The notes beneath the pieces are model-generated. The model worked only from the letters and a program-made list of their open reading frames with translations, had not been told where the DNA came from and did not search any database. From Eledone cirrhosa (Eukaryota), in NCBI GenBank assembly GCA_964016885.1, contig OZ024747.1, positions 43,400,001 to 43,464,000 on the forward strand: a DNA stretch of 64,000 bases. The letters run 5' to 3'. A program made the position numbers and the translations under genes. Of this stretch, positions 56,076-64,000 are shown piece after piece. Position 1 is the stretch's first letter. Each line of letters starts with the position of its first letter.

Positions 56076-56262
56076 CAAACGAATTGTGGTAAGGAACCAG
56101 ATGGACCATAACGCACCAGAGAACTCAATACTTAAGGTAGTAGAGTAGGAAATAGGAAAAAGTATGACCCCGACGGCAGAGCTCAAGCCGTTTCGACGGC
56201 TATTTCTGGACTAGCCGTCGAAACGGCTTGAGCTCTGCCGTCGGAGTCATACTTTTTCCTAT
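56075..56262. mobile_element. Short fold-back element (51-bp arms, 56152-56262); fragments also at 11111-11200, 11500-11543 and 11904-11996
   Basis: ggaaaaagtatgaccccgacggcagagctcaagccgtttcgacggcta and its reverse complement; (TA)n flanks. Confidence 0.75.
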
Positions 56263-56282
56263 ATATATATATATGTATATAT

Positions 56283-56893
56283 ATGGTGGCTGCCAACTCG
56301 TTTTCGAGTACGGCCACTACTTTATATCCATGTAGGAGAACCCCTACCGATGCGCTGAACGAGTGTGACTTTTTAGTCCAGCCAGCGACTTGAAAACTCT
56401 GGTACAAACACTACACTTGTGACAATTACTGACACATAGTGCTGGGCCCATGGTACCATGTGACGACAAGTGCAGAGAGATCTCCAGATATAAAGCAATG
56501 CCTGTGCCGTGAAGCTTTTATAGTGAGCAAAGGCACTGCACAAAGCCAGTCCCACTCTCTTAACCAAGATGATATTTACCAAAAAGAAGAACAAGTCAAC
56601 ATCATTGGATACCATCAGGGTTGCAGGTGTTATATCAGAGTTTTCCTTCTCCTAGAATTCTGCCTTGACAAAGGCTAAGGGGTCATCCCTCCCGGTGATT
56701 TTGGATGGCCATTGACTCTTAAGAGCTCCTTTGCCCTTTGACAGGTTTTGTTTTTAGTCCTGCAGGATGTCCAAAGTCACCCTCCTCACCAAGAAACCTT
56801 GGTGGGGTTGCCAGTTTAGTCGCCAACGACCCGACCATGGGACAGGTTGTACTGGGATACATGTTACCAGTAGCACCAACTGGTGACCTGACA
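56283..56893 (-). mobile_element. Family T element, full length
   Basis: Near-identical reverse complement of 58104-58711. Confidence 0.9.
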
Positions 56894-56898
56894 TAATG

Positions 56899-56930
<32 letters not shown>

Positions 56931-56942
56931 TATATGTGTGTG

Positions 56943-57384
56943 TGTCAGGCCGCTCATCAGCATGAGTGTTAGCATGAAAACCAGTACAACCTGTGTATGG
57001 CAGATGTGGTTGCCGACTAAACCAACAACCTCACCAAGCTTGCTTTTGCTTGGTGAGGAGGGTGATTTTGGACACCCTGCGGAATGAAAAACAAAACCTG
57101 TCAAAAGATGGATGAACTCAGAAGAGTCAATGGTCATCCAAGAAAGATTTTTAGTCGTCATTAAGACATTTCTCTGGGAGAAGATTACTCTGATATAAAA
57201 CCTGTGACTTCCTTTGTATCCAATGATGAAGACCAATTCTACTTATTGGATAAATGCATTCAGTGTTCAGAGTGCGATGCAAGGCATGGCTGGCCATTGG
57301 AAACTCCCTAGTAGGACTAAAAAGACATATCATGCTTGAGTATCAAGCTGTGGCATTACTTGAAATCGAGTTGCATATATATAT
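56943..57384 (+). mobile_element. Family T element, diverged variant
   Basis: tgtcaggcc...ccagtacaacctgt...cttggtgaggagggtgattttggacaccctg...cgagttgca. Confidence 0.75.
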
Positions 57385-57385
57385 A

Positions 57386-57764
57386 TGATGGTTGCCCCCT
57401 CATTATTGAGTATGGCCATTGCACGATATAACATTATTAATAATGATCAATTCTATCGTGCAATGCCTGTGTGTGAACATATTTTTTAAAGTGAGGAAAG
57501 ATGTGCACTGAGCCAATCCCACTCTCTGAGAGACAGTAGCTATAACCCGAAAAGACGAAAACATCAACATCATCGGTAACTACTGAGCCACAGGTTTTAT
57601 ATCGGAGTTATCCCAGTTTCCTGAGTTGCCTTCTTCTAGAAGAATGCCCTGACAAAGGCTAGGGGTCCTTCACTCCCAGTGGTTTAAGCGCGCGGTACAT
57701 GTCTATATACATATTTACACACTTTTGGATGGCCATTGACTCTTATGAGTTTTTCACCCTTTGT
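57386..57764 (-). mobile_element. Family T element (subfamily 2), partial
   Basis: Reverse complement of 63197-63580. Confidence 0.8.
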
Positions 57765-57804
57765 ATACATACATACCATACATATATGTATGTATATATA
57801 TATG

Positions 57805-57854
<50 letters not shown>

Positions 57855-58103
57855 AACGGAAAAAATGAAACGAAATTTCATTTCTCACTCTTAGTACGGT
57901 TGTTACTTAAATATAAGTATGTATACGTACATACATATATGTATACAGATGTACAGTAGTATGTATATATATACATACATGCACACATATATATATGTAC
58001 GTATGGATTCACCGAACATTTATTATAATGCTCGGTGTGTTTGGAAACAAACATCCCGAATTATGTGTACATGTATGTATATATATATATATATATATAT
58101 GTA

Positions 58104-58711
58104 TGTCAGGTCACCAGTTGGTGCTACTGGTAACATGTATGCCAGTACAACCTGTCTCATGGTCGGGTCGTTGGCAACTAAACTGGCAACCCCACCAAGG
58201 TTTCTTGGTGAGGAGGGTGACTTTGGACATCCTGCAGGACTAAAAACAAAACCTGTCAAAGGGCAAAGGAGCTCTTAAGAGTCAATGGCCATCCAAAATC
58301 ACCAGGAGAGATGACCCCTTAGCCTTTGTCAAGGCAGAATTCTAGGAGAAGGAAAACTCTGATATAACATCTGCAACCCTGATGGTATCCAATGATGTTG
58401 ACTTGTTCTTCTTTTTGGTAAATATCATCTTGGTTAAGAGAGTGGGACTGGCTTTGTGCAGTGCCTTTGCTCACTATAAAAGCTTCACGGCACAGGCATT
58501 GCTTTATATCTGGAGATCTCTCTGCACTTGTTGTCACATGGTACCATGGGCCCAGCACTATGTGTCAATAATTGTCACAAGTGTAGTGTTTGTACCAGAG
58601 TTTTCAAGTTGCTGGCTGGACTAAAATGTCACTCGTTCAGCGCATCGGTAGGGGTTCTCCTACATGGATATAAAGTAGTGGCCGTACTCGAAAACGAGTT
58701 GGCAGCCACCA
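58104..58711 (+). mobile_element. Family T element, full length
   Basis: tgtcaggtcac...ggcagccacca, flanked by (TA)n. Confidence 0.9.
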
Positions 58712-58953
58712 TATATATATATACATACTACTGTACGTCTGTATACATATATGTATGTACGTATACATACTTATATTTAAGTAACAGCCGTACTAAGAGT
58801 GGGAAATGAAATTTTGTTTCATTTTTTCCGTTTATTGTTTTCGGTACTCTGGTCGATTAACTCACTCGATATGCAAATTAGGCTGCTCAGCCGTTAATAT
58901 GCATAAGGAAAGTATATACTTTCAGACGTTCAACCATCTGGCAGGAAGGTATA

Positions 58954-58994
58954 CGGTGCTGATGATAGCTAATAAGCTTGAAACTAGTACAGCG
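58954..58994 (+). ncRNA. Minimal type I hammerhead (family HH-B) within unit 58725-59150
   Basis: cggtg-CTGATGA-tagctaataagctt-GAAA-ctag-TA-cagcg. Confidence 0.8.
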
Positions 58995-59158
58995 TTCCTT
59001 TGTCAGTGTTGAACAAATGAGCAACGATGGTTGCTAGACACTACGGCTTAATTCGGGATGTTTGTTTACAAACACACCGAGCATTGTAATAAATGTTCGG
59101 TGAATCCATACGTACATATATATATGTGTGCATGTATGTATATATATATATATATATA

Positions 59159-59767
59159 TGTCAGGTCACCAGTTGGTGCTACTGGTAACATGTATCCCAG
59201 TACAACCTGTCTCATGGTCGGGTCGTTGGCGACTAAACTGGCAACCCCACCAAGGTTTCTTGGTGAGGAGGGTGGCTTTGGACATCCTGCAGGACTAAAA
59301 ACAAAACCTGTCAAAAGGCAAAGGGGCTCTTAAGAGTCAATAGCCATCCAAAATCACCGGGAGAGATGACCCCTTAGCCTTTGTCAAGGCAGAATTCTAG
59401 GAGAAGGAAAACTCTGATATAACACCTGCAACCCTGATGGTATCCAATGATGTTGAATTGTTCTTCTTTTTGGTAAATATCATCTTGGTTAAGAGAGTGG
59501 GACTGGCTTTGTGCAGTGCCTTTGCTCACTATAAAAGCTTCACAGCACAGGCATTGCTTTATATCTGGAGATCTCTCTGCACTTGTCGTCACATGGTACC
59601 ATTGGCCCAGCACTATGTGTCAATAATTGTCACAAGTGTAGTGTTTGTACCAGAGTTTTCAAGTCGCTGGCTGGACTAAAAAGTCACATTCGTTCAGCGC
59701 ATTGGTAGGGGTTCTCCTACATGGATATAAAGTAGTGGCCGTACTCGAAAACGAGTTGGCAGCCACC

Positions 59768-59768
<1 letters not shown>
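59159..59768 (+). mobile_element. Family T element, full length
   Basis: Near-identical to 58104-58711. Confidence 0.9.
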
Positions 59769-59798
<30 letters not shown>

Positions 59799-59842
59799 CT
59801 ACTGTACGTCTGTATACATATATGTATGTACGTATACATACT

Positions 59843-59880
<38 letters not shown>

Positions 59881-59926
59881 ATAATAAAATGTGACACACA
59901 AGTTAGGATATATATATATATATATA

Positions 59927-61032
<1,106 letters not shown>

Positions 61033-61042
61033 ATATATATAC

Positions 61043-61098
<56 letters not shown>

Positions 61099-61121
61099 TC
61101 ATATATATATATATATATACA

Positions 61122-61210
<89 letters not shown>

Positions 61211-61962
61211 GTGTGTATGTGTGTGTATGTTTGTGTTTGTATGTATTGTTATCATTTTCAGTCTATTTCAAAAGGAAACGGTTTGCTGTTTCAGATTTCT
61301 TTTTTGTTTTATTATATGTTTGTAGAATAATATTGGAATATAATGTTCTTATGTTGTTTTGGAAGCTGTGTTATTTATGAGAGGAAGTGTAGTCTTAGAA
61401 TTGGACAGTAAAATTGTTAGACCTAAATGCATTATTCTGAATGAAAATGTCAATGGAAACGAGATTTGATGTAGATTAAAGCATAATATATGAAGTTAAC
61501 CCATTAACTTCTGTTAACTTATGGAGAATGTGCTGAAGTTGGTTTTATATATTATTTGTGATATATATTTTTTCTATATAATATGCAATATTTATTGACT
61601 ATTATGTATGCCTAACTAAATTTGTGAGACAAATTATTGCTACTTATGGAAAACGTTTTTCCGGACTGTTAACCTCAAATTTCAAACTGAGAATAAGGGA
61701 AGGGGGAGTTATATTTTTGGAACAAAATACAATAGTTTTAAATGAATTAGTCTCTGTTTTCTCATGAGGCATTATATATGTGTACATGTACTGGAGATAA
61801 GATTGAACTCACAAACATCTAATGAGATCAATAGCAGAATAGAAAATATTTAAAAAGTTTCCATAAAATAAATGTCTGTATATGCATTCGTAAGTGAATA
61901 ATAATATTATAATAATATTATTCATATTCGATTCATTTGCAAGCAAAGAGCTTCAAAATTTG

Positions 61963-62060
61963 TTCCAGTGGTAGCAGAGAGAAAAACAATCTACAATTGT
62001 TTCGGGGTTATTGCTCTTATCAAGATTGTGTATTTCTCTCTTTTCTGCTACATGCTGGAA
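61963..62060 (-). ncRNA. Decayed hammerhead with a long (~30 bp) stem I
   Basis: Minus strand: ttccagcatgtagcag..agagaaatacacaatc-TTGATAA-gagcaataacccc-GAAA-caattg-TA-gattgtttttctctctgctaccactggaa. Confidence 0.55.
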
Positions 62061-62192
62061 CTCTGGAAAATATATAGTATTCTCTAAAATATACATTGGC
62101 AGATTAGCCTAATTTACATACTGAGTGATTTTACTGCTGGCTTTGATGTAAATTAAAAACACATACACATACATACGTATGTATATATGTAT

Positions 62193-63020
62193 GTTCTTCT
62201 GGTTATAATAATTTCACAAATTTTTTCCCAATAGAGAGAGAGAGTCGGTGTCTAACATAGACACAAGACTCTCTCATTGGAATTTACACATCAACTAGGT
62301 AGATTATGTATGCATACCTGCATGTGTAGATATGGATGTTATTGTATGTGTGGATGTGGATGTTTTGAGTTGTATGTGTGCATGTGTATATGCTTTGTAT
62401 CTGTACTTGTGTATATGCAGTTATTAGATGCAAAATGTTTGGAATGTTTTACGTATTTTTACTGTTCCAGTAAAAATACTTGTAATTTCGTAACTACTTG
62501 TAATTGTACTTGTAATTTCCTAACTAGTTGCGTTCTTTCTGTTTCTGTTAAGCCTAGCTTCTCAAGATTTGTATTGAGGAAGTTACTAATATACCCCAGT
62601 GTCCCAATAATCACAGGCATAAATCTGAAGGTGCAATCAGGGTGGAGTATCTGCAGATTTCTCATCAGTTCTGCATAAATATTCTCCTTTTTGCTAATCT
62701 TTGAGATTATATTGGCATCTGCTGGGCAGCTAATTTCCACTACTGTGCATGTTTTCTTCACCCTGCCCCATATCATAAAATCTGGTCTGTTATGCCTGCA
62801 TTTTATTGGGGTTTTTACTGGAACATTCCACCAGTACTCTTTCATATTATGTACGTGAATGTCTTCCACATTGCTGTAGCTTTTAATGTGTTTATTATCG
62901 GGGCTATCCTTTTTATGGACTGCATTGTACAGTGTTTTGGCCACTACATCATGCCTCATAGGTAGATAGTACCGCGATGACTTCTTTGGACAGCTGCTTA
63001 TGACATGGCTGATATCCTCG
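62193..63020 (-). pseudogene. 3' fragment of a Dong/R4-clade LINE (end of CCHC knuckle, REL endonuclease, 3' UTR)
   Basis: EDISHVISSC..RHDVVAKTLY..HNRPDFMIW..VVEISCP..KKENIYAEL..PVIIGTLG; flanked by (TATG/TACA)n. Confidence 0.85.
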
Positions 63021-63050
63021 TATGTATGTATGTATGCATGTATGTGTGTA

Positions 63051-63580
63051 TGTTGGGTCACTCTTAAGTGCTACTGGTAACATGTAACCCAGTACAACCT
63101 GTCACATGGTCGGGTCGTCGGCGACTAAACCGGCAACCCACCAAGTTTACTTGGTGAGGAGGGTGATTTTGGACACCCTGTGGGACAAAAAAAACCTGAC
63201 AAAGGGTGAAAGAACTCATAAGAGTCAACGGTCATCCAAAAATATGTAAATATGTATATACACATGTACCGCGCAGTTAAACCACTGGGAGTGATGGACC
63301 CCTAGCCTTTGTCAGGGCATTCTTCTAGGAGAAGGCAACTCAGGAAACTGGGATAACTCCGATATAAAACCTGTGGCTCAGTTGTTACCAATGATGTTGA
63401 TCTTTTCTTCTTTTCGGGTTATAGCTACTGTCGCTCAGAGAGTGGGATTGGCTCAGTGCACAGTCTTTCCTCACTTTAAAAAATATGTTCACGCACAGGC
63501 ATTGCATGATAGCATTAATTAATAATTATTAATAATGGTATATCGTGCATTGGCCATACTCGATAACGAGGGGGCAGCCA
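63051..63580 (+). mobile_element. Family T element (subfamily 2), full length
   Basis: tgttgggtcactc...ctcgataacgagggggcagcca. Confidence 0.85.
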
Positions 63581-64000
63581 TTATGTATGAATGTATGTAA
63601 ATATATATAAACAAATTTTTTAAGGCCATTTTCCCTGCTAAACCAAAGATTTGTATCGAAGGCCTTGCAATAGGTTTCATACTTTTAAATGGTGTCCTAG
63701 AAGAAAGAGAAGATTATGGAGGATAGTAAAAGTTGCCATTAAGCAGTGTACATGTATAGTATGTAGAAAAATAGAGCTGATGATAAGGAAGTCAATATAA
63801 AAAGGTTATGGCTGAAAGAGTATTGTGAATAAACTGTTTTATGATATAGTCAAGAGGTTTGATTCAGTCAGATAGTTTATTATGAATGAAAACACTAATT
63901 CAAACAACACTCATTGATTCCGAGATGCTTTTTAATTGATTTATTTTCTTCATCTGCCAGACAGATTTTAACATGGTCATTTCATGTTTGTATTGTGTCA

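Noticed and set aside
56373-59679. Recurring 65-90 aa ORFs in family T and SINE copies
   Set aside because: They recur only because the repeats are near-identical; frames are not kept between subfamilies.
63270-63345. HDV-like ribozyme in family T
   Set aside because: Some pairings are visible (ttcttct/agaagg, tga/tca) but I could not build the nested double pseudoknot by eye.
62193-63580. Family T as the 5' or 3' part of the adjacent Dong/R4 fragment
   Set aside because: Separated by (TATG)n, ends share no sequence, and the other six T copies have no Dong sequence beside them.

Overview
AT-rich eukaryotic (animal) DNA made almost entirely of repeats. The repeat content (RTE LINEs with (TGA)n tails, two tRNA-headed SINE families, Dong/R4 and Penelope fragments, very long (TA)n and (CAC/CAT)n tracts) suggests an octopus/coleoid cephalopod intron or intergenic region; this is an inference. 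No host gene is clearly identifiable, only one possible 39-nt exon. Contents: one essentially intact RTE-clade LINE (APE-RT, ORF open 22862-25972) and three 5'-truncated relatives from two subfamilies. All four carry a C4HC3 PHD-type finger inserted inside the RT domain, and almost all their junctions sit in (TA)n. Also present are about 25 SINE copies, two decayed Tc1/mariner elements, 3' fragments of Dong/R4, CRE-like, L1/Tx1-like and Penelope elements, and seven copies of an unclassified ~0.6 kb structured element with fixed ends. The least obvious signal is a set of about 17 minimal type I hammerhead-ribozyme motifs (CUGANGA - stem II - GAAA - palindromic stem III - UH), intact or decayed. 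They belong to several small non-coding families that insert in (TA)n and repeatedly form fold-back (inverted) structures, sometimes with a ribozyme on each strand. One such fold-back keeps a Penelope GIY-YIG C-terminus, pointing to a Penelope-mobilised, retrozyme-like system. All calls were made by eye; no database search or folding program was run.
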